Shown here: in pieces, positions 47,202 through 56,069 of the stretch
Position numbering within the stretch: the stretch's first letter is position 1
Layout of the letters: each line of letters opens with the position of its first letter
Origin: an uncultured bacterium
GTDB taxonomy: Bacteria > Gemmatimonadota > Gemmatimonadetes > Gemmatimonadales > Gemmatimonadaceae
Length of the DNA: 64,000 bases
Assembly (NCBI GenBank): GCA_963978095.1
Contig: CAXBQP010000004.1
Span: 20,014 to 84,013 of the forward strand
Reading direction: 5' to 3'
The notes under the pieces: model-generated
What the model saw: only the letters and a program-made list of their open reading frames with translations
Databases searched by the model: none
Told to the model about the DNA's origin: nothing
Translations under genes and position numbers: made by a program

Positions 47202-47669
47202 CTACTTGCCGGTCTTGGTTCCCATCGTGATGCCGAGTTGGTAGTTCCGGGGGATCTTGCACCCGCTCTTTTCGGCGGGGCGGAACTTCCATTTTGCCAG
47301 ATTGGTCTTGACCTGCGTGGCGAACCACGGGTGCGAGGTGGAATCCACGACGAAGGTGTTCATGTCCGGCGTTCCGAGCGTGTCGACCAAGACATGGATG
47401 TGGATCTGCATCCAGTTCCCCTTCCCCTGGAAGACGCCCTTGGGAAACGGTGCCTTGAAGGCGGGCGGCTTCATCTCGATCGGTTCGGCGACCCTCTCCG
47501 CGGGAATATCCGGTTGCTTGAGTGCTTCCGCGACGGTGAGGTAGCAGAGGTCACTCCCCGCCGGCACCACGGTACTCGGCGGAACTGGCGGCGGGGCCGG
47601 AACTGGTTTGGGCGGTGGTGCGCAGGCGGCGCCAGCGAGTAGCGCACTGAGCAGAAGTCGGCGCGTCAT
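47202..47669 (-). CDS. Lipoprotein with TonB C-terminal-like domain
   Basis: [16 protein letters not shown] lipobox-like, Pro-rich linker, VLVDTLG.PDMNT...WKFRPA. Confidence 0.72.
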   Translation of the reverse strand: MTRRLLLSALLAGAACAPPPKPVPAPPPVPPSTVVPAGSDLCYLTVAEALKQPDIPAERVAEPIEMKPPAFKAPFPKGVFQGKGNWMQIHIHVLVDTLGTPDMNTFVVDSTSHPWFATQVKTNLAKWKFRPAEKSGCKIPRNYQLGITMGTKTGK

Positions 47670-48346
47670 GCGGCGGCCGAGGGGCAGAGGTCGCGGAGCG
47701 CGCAGTCGGTGCATCGGGGTTTCCTGGCACCGCACACGCGGCGGCCGTGCCAGATCATCCAGTGGGACAACAGCGTCCATTGGTCTCGAGGGAAGAGTGG
47801 GATGAGCGCCTGCTCGATCTTGACCGGGTCTTTGGCACGGGTGAGCCCGAAGCGCGCGCTGAGGCGGGCGACGTGCGTGTCGACGACGATCCCTTCGTTG
47901 ATGCCGAACGCGTTTCCGAGGACCACGTTGGCCGTCTTGCGTCCGACCCCTGGCAGCACGACGAGTTCCGCCATCGTGGTCGGGACCCGGCCGGCGTGAC
48001 GTTCGACCAGGGCGCGCGCCATGCCCTGGATGTTCTTGGCTTTGTTGCGGTAGAACCCCGTGGTGCGTACGAGCGCCTCGAGCTCGTCGAGCGGGGCATC
48101 CGCCAAGGCCCATGCGGTGGGGAAGCGCGCAAAGAGGGCCGGGGTGACCATGTTGACGCGCTGGTCCGTGCACTGCGCGCTGAGAATGGTCGCGACGAGC
48201 AACTGCAGTGGCGACTGGTGATCCAGCTCGCAGTGCGCGTCCGGGTAGAGTGCGGCGAGCCGCGTGCCGATCTGGGACGCGTGCTGCGCGAGTGCTGCGC
48301 CGCGCCGCCGTGGGATGGCGGGCGCGCGCTGAGGGCGCGGCGCCAT
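47666..48346 (-). CDS. nth: Endonuclease III
   Basis: [25 protein letters not shown]-x6-C-x2-C-x5-C. Confidence 0.96.
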   Translation of the reverse strand: MAPRPQRAPAIPRRRGAALAQHASQIGTRLAALYPDAHCELDHQSPLQLLVATILSAQCTDQRVNMVTPALFARFPTAWALADAPLDELEALVRTTGFYRNKAKNIQGMARALVERHAGRVPTTMAELVVLPGVGRKTANVVLGNAFGINEGIVVDTHVARLSARFGLTRAKDPVKIEQALIPLFPRDQWTLLSHWMIWHGRRVCGARKPRCTDCALRDLCPSAAA

Positions 48347-48347
48347 G

Positions 48348-48797
48348 CTAGTCTTCCACGCCGGCGTAGGGTGCCAGCTGATCGACGAGGGTGTGGAGTT
48401 GTTTGAGGGTGAGTTCGATCTCCTGGGCCGCGCCATCGGCGTCCAGCATGCCCGTGGCGACCGAGAGTCGGACCTGATTCATGTAGCGGATCTTGGTGAC
48501 GATCTCGTCGGTGACGCGCCGCAGGCCGTTGAATCGCCGCTTCTCGGCGATGGCACGGCGATGCCGCCTCGCCAGATCATCGGGCGAGAGGGCCTTGGCC
48601 GCGCGCACGACATCGTCGCGGCTGCGACCCGGGATCGCGGCGCGATCCGGGAGTCCGCGTTCCACGCCTCCCACCTCGGTGAACCACAGACGGCCGACGT
48701 GTTCGATTCCGTCGAAGCCGACACGGACCGTCACGTGAAAGAGACGGCCGTCCTCCTCGAGCGTCGCGATGTGTGGAAAAGAGGGATCGTCAGCCAC
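48348..48797 (-). CDS. Hypothetical protein
   Basis: Fills the gap in the operon with coding-like composition; no motif recognised. Confidence 0.75.
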   Translation of the reverse strand: MADDPSFPHIATLEEDGRLFHVTVRVGFDGIEHVGRLWFTEVGGVERGLPDRAAIPGRSRDDVVRAAKALSPDDLARRHRRAIAEKRRFNGLRRVTDEIVTKIRYMNQVRLSVATGMLDADGAAQEIELTLKQLHTLVDQLAPYAGVED

Positions 48798-48809
48798 GGT
48801 CCACGGGAT

Positions 48810-49706
48810 TCACGAATCGGCGGGGTGACCGAGGTGGGTTCGGATCGCCGCCAGCAGTTGTTCCTGCTGTTCAACATATGGTACGTGGCCGCAGTCCTCC
48901 AGCGTCACGAGGGTCGCCCCCATGGCCCGGGCCGCGGCTTCCGAGGAGGCGAGGGGGATCGGATCCTGTCGCCCGTGGACGATCAGGGTCGGAATCCGAA
49001 GGGCGCCGACGTCGTGGAGGGCGGGTGTGAGGTCGAAGTCGCCCAAACTGGCCCAAATCGACTGCTGGACCCGTCCGGTGACGCGGAATGGAGTGAGATC
49101 GGTCGCCCGATGCGGATCGGCGAAGTACCCTGCGACGCTCAGTTCGAAGGTCCGTTGGCGGTACGCGTCCGGGGCGGACTCCCGGAGACCGGAGGCGGCG
49201 AGTTCCGCCCGCAGCGCGGCGACGGCAGCGCTGCTCTGCCGGGCCGCGAACTCCTGTTCGAACGCCTCGCGCCACGCGCGCGAAATCGGCGCCGGGTCGA
49301 GGAGCACCAATCGGGCGGGGAGTGGGGCGATGCGGCCGGCGGCGGCTTCAATGGTGTACAGCATCGCGAGGAGCGCCCCCCACGAGTACCCCACCAGCGT
49401 CGGGGCGCGTTGGCCGTGCTCGTGCAGCAGGCGCGCGAGATCGGCCACCTGCACCTCCCAGGTGATGGGGGTGCGATCGTCCGTTTTGCTCCGTCCGCCG
49501 CCGCGTTGATCGTAGAAGAGGCTGTCGTGCGAGTTCGCGAGATCGAGGAGTTGCGGGAGCAGGTAGTCGTGCGACGCCCCCGGGCCACCGTGGAGTACGA
49601 CGATGGGGTCGCGTCCTTCCGGCCCCCACCGTGCCCAGTACAGGGGAATCGGAGTGGAGGTCGTGAACCCCTCAGCACGTGGTGCGGGAATCTGGTGCGG
49701 AGCCAT
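48810..49706 (-). CDS. Alpha/beta hydrolase, proline iminopeptidase-like
   Basis: LHGGPG, YDQRGGGRS, GYSWG, GRQDP, CGH. Confidence 0.88.
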   Translation of the reverse strand: MAPHQIPAPRAEGFTTSTPIPLYWARWGPEGRDPIVVLHGGPGASHDYLLPQLLDLANSHDSLFYDQRGGGRSKTDDRTPITWEVQVADLARLLHEHGQRAPTLVGYSWGALLAMLYTIEAAAGRIAPLPARLVLLDPAPISRAWREAFEQEFAARQSSAAVAALRAELAASGLRESAPDAYRQRTFELSVAGYFADPHRATDLTPFRVTGRVQQSIWASLGDFDLTPALHDVGALRIPTLIVHGRQDPIPLASSEAAARAMGATLVTLEDCGHVPYVEQQEQLLAAIRTHLGHPADS

Positions 49707-49717
49707 GGGAGGGAAGA

Positions 49718-50620
49718 CTACACGAATGCCGCGGCGATCCCCACGGTATTGAGGTGGACGCGGACCGTGTCGTCGATGTCCCGTCCGTAGCCGCCCGCGA
49801 TCGTTACGGCCACCGGCACGCCGATGGCGCGGCACGAGTCCAGTACGAAAAAATCCCGCGCCTTCAGCCCATCGAACGTGAGCCGGAGGCGACCGAGCGC
49901 ATCCCCCTCGTGGGGATCGGCCCCGGCCAGGAAGAACACCACGTCGGGGCGTGCGGCTTCAAGGACACGGGGGAGATGCGCGCGGAGGCGATCGAGATAC
50001 TCCACGTCCCCGGTCCCGTCGTCGAGCTCGACGTCACACGTGCCCGCCACCTTCCGGAACGGGTAGTTCCGGCCGCCGTGCATCGAGAAGGTGAACACGC
50101 GGGCATCCTCGGCGAAGATGGCGTGGGTCCCGTTGCCTTGATGCACGTCCAGATCCACCACGGCCGCGCGGGTGATCCGTCCCTCGTGTTGCAACACCCG
50201 GATGGCGACCGCGACGTCGTTGAACACGCAGAATCCTTCGCCGTGGTCCGGGAAGGCGTGATGGGTGCCACCGGCGAGGTTCATCGTCACGCCATGGGTG
50301 AGCGCCGCCCGCGCGGCGGCGAGGGTCCCGCCGACGGCTCGCACGGAGCGCTCGGCGAGCGCCGGAGACCACGGGAACCCCACCAGCCGCTGTGATGCGG
50401 CGTCGAGCGTGCCGTGCAGGACCGCGTCGACGTACGCGGCATCGTGCACGCGCGTCAGCTCGTCGCGGGTCGCGCGATCAGGTTCGTGCAGATGATCGGC
50501 CGGCACCAGTCCATCAGCAATCACCCGGTCGCGCAGGCGGGCGTACTTGGCGATCGGGAACCGATGACCGTCCGGCAGGGGAATGACGTAACGTGCGCTC
50601 GTCCAGGCGTGCAGGGGCAC
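49718..50620 (-). CDS. Histone deacetylase-family Zn amidohydrolase
   Basis: [30 protein letters not shown]. Confidence 0.94.
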   Translation of the reverse strand: MPLHAWTSARYVIPLPDGHRFPIAKYARLRDRVIADGLVPADHLHEPDRATRDELTRVHDAAYVDAVLHGTLDAASQRLVGFPWSPALAERSVRAVGGTLAAARAALTHGVTMNLAGGTHHAFPDHGEGFCVFNDVAVAIRVLQHEGRITRAAVVDLDVHQGNGTHAIFAEDARVFTFSMHGGRNYPFRKVAGTCDVELDDGTGDVEYLDRLRAHLPRVLEAARPDVVFFLAGADPHEGDALGRLRLTFDGLKARDFFVLDSCRAIGVPVAVTIAGGYGRDIDDTVRVHLNTVGIAAAFV

Positions 50621-50647
50621 GAGAGATCCGGTTCGCGGCGGGGCGAG

Positions 50648-51928
50648 TCAGCCGCCGCGCTTTCCGAGGGTGACGGTGAGCGTCGTCCGTGCGGTGCCGC
50701 GCAGCACCACGATCTTCACCACGTCGCCCGGCTGGTGGGCGTTGAGCGCGTCGGTATACGTGTAGATGTCCTTGACCACGCTGCCGTCGAACTCGACGAT
50801 GACGTCGTTGCTCTTGAGTCCGCCAAGGTCCGCGGGGCTGCCGGCGCGGACCCCAGTGATCCGCATGCCTGCGACATCGGCGGCGCCCATGTCGGGGATG
50901 GACCCGAGGTAAACACCGCTTCCCGTCCGTTCGGCCGCGCGGGGGGTGGCGGTTGTCGGCGCTTTGGTGAAGGTCAGTCGCGTCGGACGGTCGGCGACAT
51001 CACGCACCACACGTTCGGCGAACTCCACCACCCGGACTTCACCCGCCGCATCGATCGTGGACGCGACATCCGAGGCACGATGGTACTGCTCGTGCAGATC
51101 GGTGAACATATGCAATACCGGCAGGTCCTTGGCGTAGAACGACGCATGATCCGACGGGCCGAAGCCGTCGCCGACGGCGTTGAGCTTCAGTCCGCCGGTA
51201 TTCGCGGTCGCGAGGATGCCGGGCAGCTCGGTGGCGGTCGCGACGCCGTACACGATCAGCTTGTCATTCCGCAGTCGGCCGATCATGTCGAAGTTGATCA
51301 TGGCTTGGACGCTCGTCATCGGCACCGGGGAGTGGTCCGCGAAGTACGCCGAGCCGAGTAGGCCGAGTTCCTCGCCGGTGAAGTTCACGAAGAGCACGGT
51401 ACGCCTGGCGGGCGCCCGTTTGAAACGCGCGGCCAGGGAGAGCACGGCGGCCGTCCCGCTGGCGTTGTCGTCGGCCCCCGGATGGATGACGTTGCCGGCC
51501 TCAGGGTCGAGCGCTCCAGTGGTACTGCGTCCGAGATGATCGAAGTGCGCGCCGATGATCACGTACTCCGCGCGGAGCGAGGCATCGCGCCCCGGCACCA
51601 CGGCATACACATTCTGCGTCGGCAGTGACCGCGGCGCACCTCCGCGGACCGCTTCCTTGGCGACGAACGTCTGCCGCGTGGCGGTGAGTCCGAGTTCGGC
51701 GTAGCGGCGTACGAGGTACGCGGCCGCCGAGTCGTTGCCTGCGGTGCCCGTGCCCCGTCCTTCGAGGCGCGGATCGGCGAGATAGCTGATGTCGTGCGCG
51801 ATGATTGCGGCATCCGCGGCGGCCAGTGTCGCGGAACTTGGTGTGCGGTTCGACGTTCCGCTCGATGGCGCACTCGCGCAGGCGCTGAACGTGAGCAGCA
51901 GGGCAGGGGCCAGCGTACGACGGGGCAT
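50648..51928 (-). CDS. M28 peptidase with C-terminal PDZ, lipoprotein
   Basis: FSAC lipobox-like, GAHFDHLG, GADDNASG, GEELGLLGS, SDH, YH; PDZ GSPADLGGL. Confidence 0.92.
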   Translation of the reverse strand: MPRRTLAPALLLTFSACASAPSSGTSNRTPSSATLAAADAAIIAHDISYLADPRLEGRGTGTAGNDSAAAYLVRRYAELGLTATRQTFVAKEAVRGGAPRSLPTQNVYAVVPGRDASLRAEYVIIGAHFDHLGRSTTGALDPEAGNVIHPGADDNASGTAAVLSLAARFKRAPARRTVLFVNFTGEELGLLGSAYFADHSPVPMTSVQAMINFDMIGRLRNDKLIVYGVATATELPGILATANTGGLKLNAVGDGFGPSDHASFYAKDLPVLHMFTDLHEQYHRASDVASTIDAAGEVRVVEFAERVVRDVADRPTRLTFTKAPTTATPRAAERTGSGVYLGSIPDMGAADVAGMRITGVRAGSPADLGGLKSNDVIVEFDGSVVKDIYTYTDALNAHQPGDVVKIVVLRGTARTTLTVTLGKRGG

Positions 51929-51930
51929 GG

Positions 51931-52998
51931 CTATCGGTCGGTGAAATCGGTGGTCGACGTCACGGCCTTGCAGGCGGCCGCGAGCAGCGTGGCGGTGCGG
52001 TCCAGATCGACCACACTGACCATCTCGTTCGGGGAGTGCATGTAGCGATTCGGGACGGAGACGAGGGCCGTGGCCACCCCGTGACGTGCCAGATGGATGC
52101 CATCGGCGTCGGTGCTGGTATCGCGCCCGGCAGCGTGGAGGCTGTAGGGGATGCGCATCGACTCCGCGGTGTCGCGGATGATGCGGAATGCCACCGGTGA
52201 TACGATCGACCCGCGAGTGAGCACGGGACCGCCGCCGATCTTGTGTTCGCCCAGTTCCTTCTTCTCCACCGTGGGATGGTCGGTGGCGAAGGTGACGTCA
52301 ACGACGATGGCCATGGCCGGATCGACGCGCTGCGCGCCGACGAGCGCCCCGCCTCCGCGGTAGCCGATCTCCTCCTGGGTGGTCGCGACGGCGACCACGC
52401 GGGCCTCGCCCGGATCCGCCGCATAGCGCCGGAGCGCCTCCAGCACCACGAACGCGCCGATGCGATCATCGATCGAGCGCGACACAATGCGATCGTTGGG
52501 GAAGTCGAGCGTCTGTTGATCGATGACGCCGGCGTCGCCGATGGAGACCAGCGCCTCCGCCTGCGCGCGCGTGGTGCAGCCGATGTCGACCCACAGGTCC
52601 GTGAACTTGGATGCCTTCTCGCGGTCCTCCACCTTCATCAGATGGATCGGTTTCTTGCCCACGACGCCAAGCACGTCCCCCGTCCTCCCCGCGAAGCGGA
52701 TCCGCTGCGCGACGAGCACTTGCGGATCCCAGCCGCCGATGGGGCCGATATAGAGGAAGCCGTCGTCGTCGATGTACGTGATGATGACACCGATCTCGTC
52801 GATGTGGCCGGCGAGCATGATGGTGGGGCCGCCGGCGCCGGCGACTTCGGCCATGCTGTTGCCGTGCACGTCACACGTGACGCGGGCGAAGGCACTCGCC
52901 TCCTCGCGCCAAACCTTGGCGGTGGCGGCCTCGAAGCCCGACGGACCCGGGGTGTCGAGCAGGCGCTTGAGAAAGGCAACGGACGATGGCGTGAGCAT
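51931..52998 (-). CDS. M42 family aminopeptidase
   Basis: PGPSGFE, GHIDEIG, DDRIG, QEEIG, RYMHSPNE. Confidence 0.93.
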   Translation of the reverse strand: MLTPSSVAFLKRLLDTPGPSGFEAATAKVWREEASAFARVTCDVHGNSMAEVAGAGGPTIMLAGHIDEIGVIITYIDDDGFLYIGPIGGWDPQVLVAQRIRFAGRTGDVLGVVGKKPIHLMKVEDREKASKFTDLWVDIGCTTRAQAEALVSIGDAGVIDQQTLDFPNDRIVSRSIDDRIGAFVVLEALRRYAADPGEARVVAVATTQEEIGYRGGGALVGAQRVDPAMAIVVDVTFATDHPTVEKKELGEHKIGGGPVLTRGSIVSPVAFRIIRDTAESMRIPYSLHAAGRDTSTDADGIHLARHGVATALVSVPNRYMHSPNEMVSVVDLDRTATLLAAACKAVTSTTDFTDR

Positions 52999-53042
52999 TG
53001 TGCGCTGAGGCTGATGGAAAAAAGGGAATCGGGAGGGGCGCG

Positions 53043-53948
53043 TTATGCGACGATGTGCCGCGCGTGACGCGCGTCGAGCGGAGTGAAGCACGCGGGATTG
53101 AAGATCCGGGCGAGAATCTCGATACCGTCCACCACCCGCGGTCCAGGACGACTCGACAGCGCGTTCGCATCGAGTGACCACACGGTGGTTGCCCGCAGGA
53201 ACTCCCACCCTGGAGCCTCGAGGAGAGCCGCCGCTTCGGTGCTCGCACGGGCCAGGTCGTACCCGCAGGGCGCGACCACCACAACGTCGGCGTTCGACGC
53301 AGCGACGCGTTGGCGATCGATGGCATGGGCATGCATCCCGGCTTCCGCGAGCACGTCGACTCCCCCGGCACGCCGGATCATTTCAGGGACCCAGTGGCCG
53401 CCGGGAAATACCGGCGCGGTCCACTCCAGAAAGGCCACGCGCGGTCGCGGCGCGCCGGCGGCTTTCAGCGTGTCGTGCACGCTCCGCATGCGGGCCCGGA
53501 AGCCGGCGACCAGTTCGGTGGCGTCATCCGCGCGATCCAGCGCGGCTGCGACTCGCACGAGGTCGTCGAAGATGCCCTCGAGGGTCGTCGCGGAGATCGT
53601 CACGATCGCGGGCACGGGATCGAGGCGCGCCGCGAGGGCCCGCACATCGGTCTCCGAGACGGCGCACACCTCGCACAGCGCCTGCGTGATGATGAGATCC
53701 GGCCGCAGCGCGCGAATCAGTGGTTCGTCGAGTGCGTACAGGGCTGCGCCCGTCTCGTGGAGGGCGCGGACCTGTGCGTCGATGGTCGCCGGTGCGGCCG
53801 CGGAATCCACGGCGCTCGCGGTGACGCGCGCCCGGGAGCCGACGATCGCCGGGTGATCGCATTCGTGCGAGACGCCCACCAGATGTTCGGTGGCGCCGAG
53901 CGCCGCCACCATTTCCGTGGCCGCGGGGAGCAGCGAGATGATGCGCAC
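53043..53948 (-). CDS. BtuF-like (class III SBP fold) protein without signal peptide
   Basis: RIISLLPAATE, GVSHECD, PDLIITQALCEVC, GHWVPEMI, RPGPR. Confidence 0.82.
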   Translation of the reverse strand: MRIISLLPAATEMVAALGATEHLVGVSHECDHPAIVGSRARVTASAVDSAAAPATIDAQVRALHETGAALYALDEPLIRALRPDLIITQALCEVCAVSETDVRALAARLDPVPAIVTISATTLEGIFDDLVRVAAALDRADDATELVAGFRARMRSVHDTLKAAGAPRPRVAFLEWTAPVFPGGHWVPEMIRRAGGVDVLAEAGMHAHAIDRQRVAASNADVVVVAPCGYDLARASTEAAALLEAPGWEFLRATTVWSLDANALSSRPGPRVVDGIEILARIFNPACFTPLDARHARHIVA

Positions 53949-54334
53949 TACGCGGACGGTCGACGAATCGGGAACATCAAGAGCGCCACGATGTACGCGA
54001 GCATCCCGGGGGCCGCCGCGGCTTCGATCCCGGTGATGAAATACGCCGACACGCCAGCGATGGCGCCGAACTCGCCGATGGCCCACGCGATCACGCTCAT
54101 CGCGTTGCGCCGCTCGACGGGAGCCTGGGTGAGCGACCGTCGCAATGCGATGAGTCCCGTGACCGAAAGGACCGCCGCGCCCAGTGCCATCCGCCGCAGC
54201 ACGAGCGGCTCACTCGGAGGCGGTGGTGCACTCAACGAATGTCGCATGTACCAGACCGCAGTCGCGAAGGCGATGATGCCCGATGTCATGGCCATGCGGA
54301 TCGCGGCCAGCGACCGCGGCGACGCCGATGCCAT
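53948..54334 (-). CDS. Small multi-TM hypothetical membrane protein
   Basis: About 4 hydrophobic segments; overlaps both neighbours by 1 nt. Confidence 0.7.
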   Translation of the reverse strand: MASASPRSLAAIRMAMTSGIIAFATAVWYMRHSLSAPPPPSEPLVLRRMALGAAVLSVTGLIALRRSLTQAPVERRNAMSVIAWAIGEFGAIAGVSAYFITGIEAAAAPGMLAYIVALLMFPIRRPSA

Positions 54335-56037
54335 CACTTGGCCTCGTAGACGCTCTTGCCGCCCACCCAGGTCGACAGCACGCGCGTCTTGAGGATCAAC
54401 TCCGGCGCCACCCGCATCAGATCCTGATCGAGCACCACGAAGTCGGCGAACTTCCCGATCGTGAGCGACCCCATGTCCTTCTCCTGGAAGGCGGCGAACG
54501 CGGGCCAGAGCGTGATCGACTTGAGCGCTTCGGCGCGCGTCATGCGCTGATCCGGATACCACCCGGCGGGTGGCCAGTTATCGGCATCCTGCCGCGTGAA
54601 CGCGGCATGGAATGAGATCAGCGGGTTCACCTGTTCGACGGGGAAATCAGAGCCGTTCGGCACGATCACGCCGGCATCGATGAACGACCGCCATGCATAC
54701 GCGCCGTTGAGGCGGGAGACGCCAAGTCGGGTGCCGGCCCAGTACATATCGCTCGTCTGGTGGCTTGCCTGCATGGAGGGAATCACGCCCAGGGTCACGA
54801 ACCGCGGAATGTCGGCGTGGTCGACGATCTGCGCGTGTTCCACGCGGAATCGATGATCCGCGGTCGGCACTTCCTTGAGCGCCGCTTCGTACAGATCGAG
54901 AGCCACCCGATTGCCGCGATCACCGATCGCGTGCGTATTCACCTGGAACCCGGTCTTCAGCGCCTTGACGGCGACGGCTTTGATGTAGTCGGGCGGGGTG
55001 AGGATGAGCCCGGAGTTCTTGGCATCGTCCGTGTACGGATCGAGCAGCGCCGCGCCGCGCGAGCCGAGCGCGCCGTCCGCGTAGAGCTTGATGCTGCGGA
55101 TCCAGAGCATCCCCCCGTAGAGGCCGCTCTGCGGACCGCGCGCGAACCATTTGTCGAGCAGTGCCGATTCGTCGCGGCCCCCGCTGATCATGGCGTACAA
55201 GCGGAAGTTGAGCTGCCCGGCCTTGCCGAGCTCCTCGAAGATGTCGAGCACCTCCTGCCCTTCGCCCGCATCATGCACGCCGGTGAGACCCCACTTGTGG
55301 GCCTCGGCGATGGCGGCCTGGATCTGTTTCTTCTGTTCGTCGCGCGTGGGATTCGGTACGACGCGTTGGACCAGCGCCTGCGCGTTGTCCACGAACACGC
55401 CGCTCGGGGCCCCATCCGCCGCGCGTTCGATGTGGCCGCCGCTCGGATCCCTGGTCGCTGCGGAAAGTCCCGCCGCGTCCATGGCGCGCTTGTTCGCGAG
55501 GAGGGCGTGCCCGTCCACGCGCGTCAGGGCCACCGGATGGTTCGGCAGCGCAGCGGTGAGTTTGTCGTGGGTCGGGAACGCGGTGTTTCCCCAGCGATTC
55601 TGGTCCCACCCGCGGCCCGTGATCCACGTGCCCGCCGTGACGGTCTTGGCTTTGGCGACGACGCGGGCGATGATCTCGTCGTAACTCGAGGCACCCGTGA
55701 GGTCGACGACCGCGAGTGCGGTTCCCAATCCGGAGACGTGCCCGTGCGCATCCACCATCCCGGGGATGACGGTCTTGCCGCCGAGGTCCACGACGCGCGT
55801 TTGCGGTCCGCGAAGCGTCATCGCGCCGCGGGCGTCGCCAACGAATGTCACGCGCCCGGCGCGCACGGCGAAGGCTTCGGCGAGTGGGTGCGCCTCGTCC
55901 ACCGTGTAGACCCGCGCGTTCGTGATGATCAGGTCGGCGGGTGCCTGGCCGGTCGCAGCCTGCGCCTGCAGCGAGGCGGGAGCTGGCGCTGCGAGAGACG
56001 CGGCAGCAAGCGCGAGGAACGGAATCAGTCGACGCAT
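54334..56037 (-). CDS. Secreted amidohydrolase (YtcJ-like, Amidohydro_3)
   Basis: PGMVDAHGH, KLYADGALGSRGA, HAIGD, RVEHAQ, GSDFPVE. Confidence 0.92.
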   Translation of the reverse strand: MRRLIPFLALAAASLAAPAPASLQAQAATGQAPADLIITNARVYTVDEAHPLAEAFAVRAGRVTFVGDARGAMTLRGPQTRVVDLGGKTVIPGMVDAHGHVSGLGTALAVVDLTGASSYDEIIARVVAKAKTVTAGTWITGRGWDQNRWGNTAFPTHDKLTAALPNHPVALTRVDGHALLANKRAMDAAGLSAATRDPSGGHIERAADGAPSGVFVDNAQALVQRVVPNPTRDEQKKQIQAAIAEAHKWGLTGVHDAGEGQEVLDIFEELGKAGQLNFRLYAMISGGRDESALLDKWFARGPQSGLYGGMLWIRSIKLYADGALGSRGAALLDPYTDDAKNSGLILTPPDYIKAVAVKALKTGFQVNTHAIGDRGNRVALDLYEAALKEVPTADHRFRVEHAQIVDHADIPRFVTLGVIPSMQASHQTSDMYWAGTRLGVSRLNGAYAWRSFIDAGVIVPNGSDFPVEQVNPLISFHAAFTRQDADNWPPAGWYPDQRMTRAEALKSITLWPAFAAFQEKDMGSLTIGKFADFVVLDQDLMRVAPELILKTRVLSTWVGGKSVYEAK

Positions 56038-56069
56038 GAGATTCGAGAGGGGGAAAGGGGGCGCGGCGG

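Noticed and set aside
2601..50620. SET methyltransferase + HDAC + kinase as a chromatin-like writer/eraser system
   Set aside because: The genes are 13-47 kb apart in unrelated operons, no histone-like gene is seen, and bacterial HDAC-family enzymes often act on small molecules.
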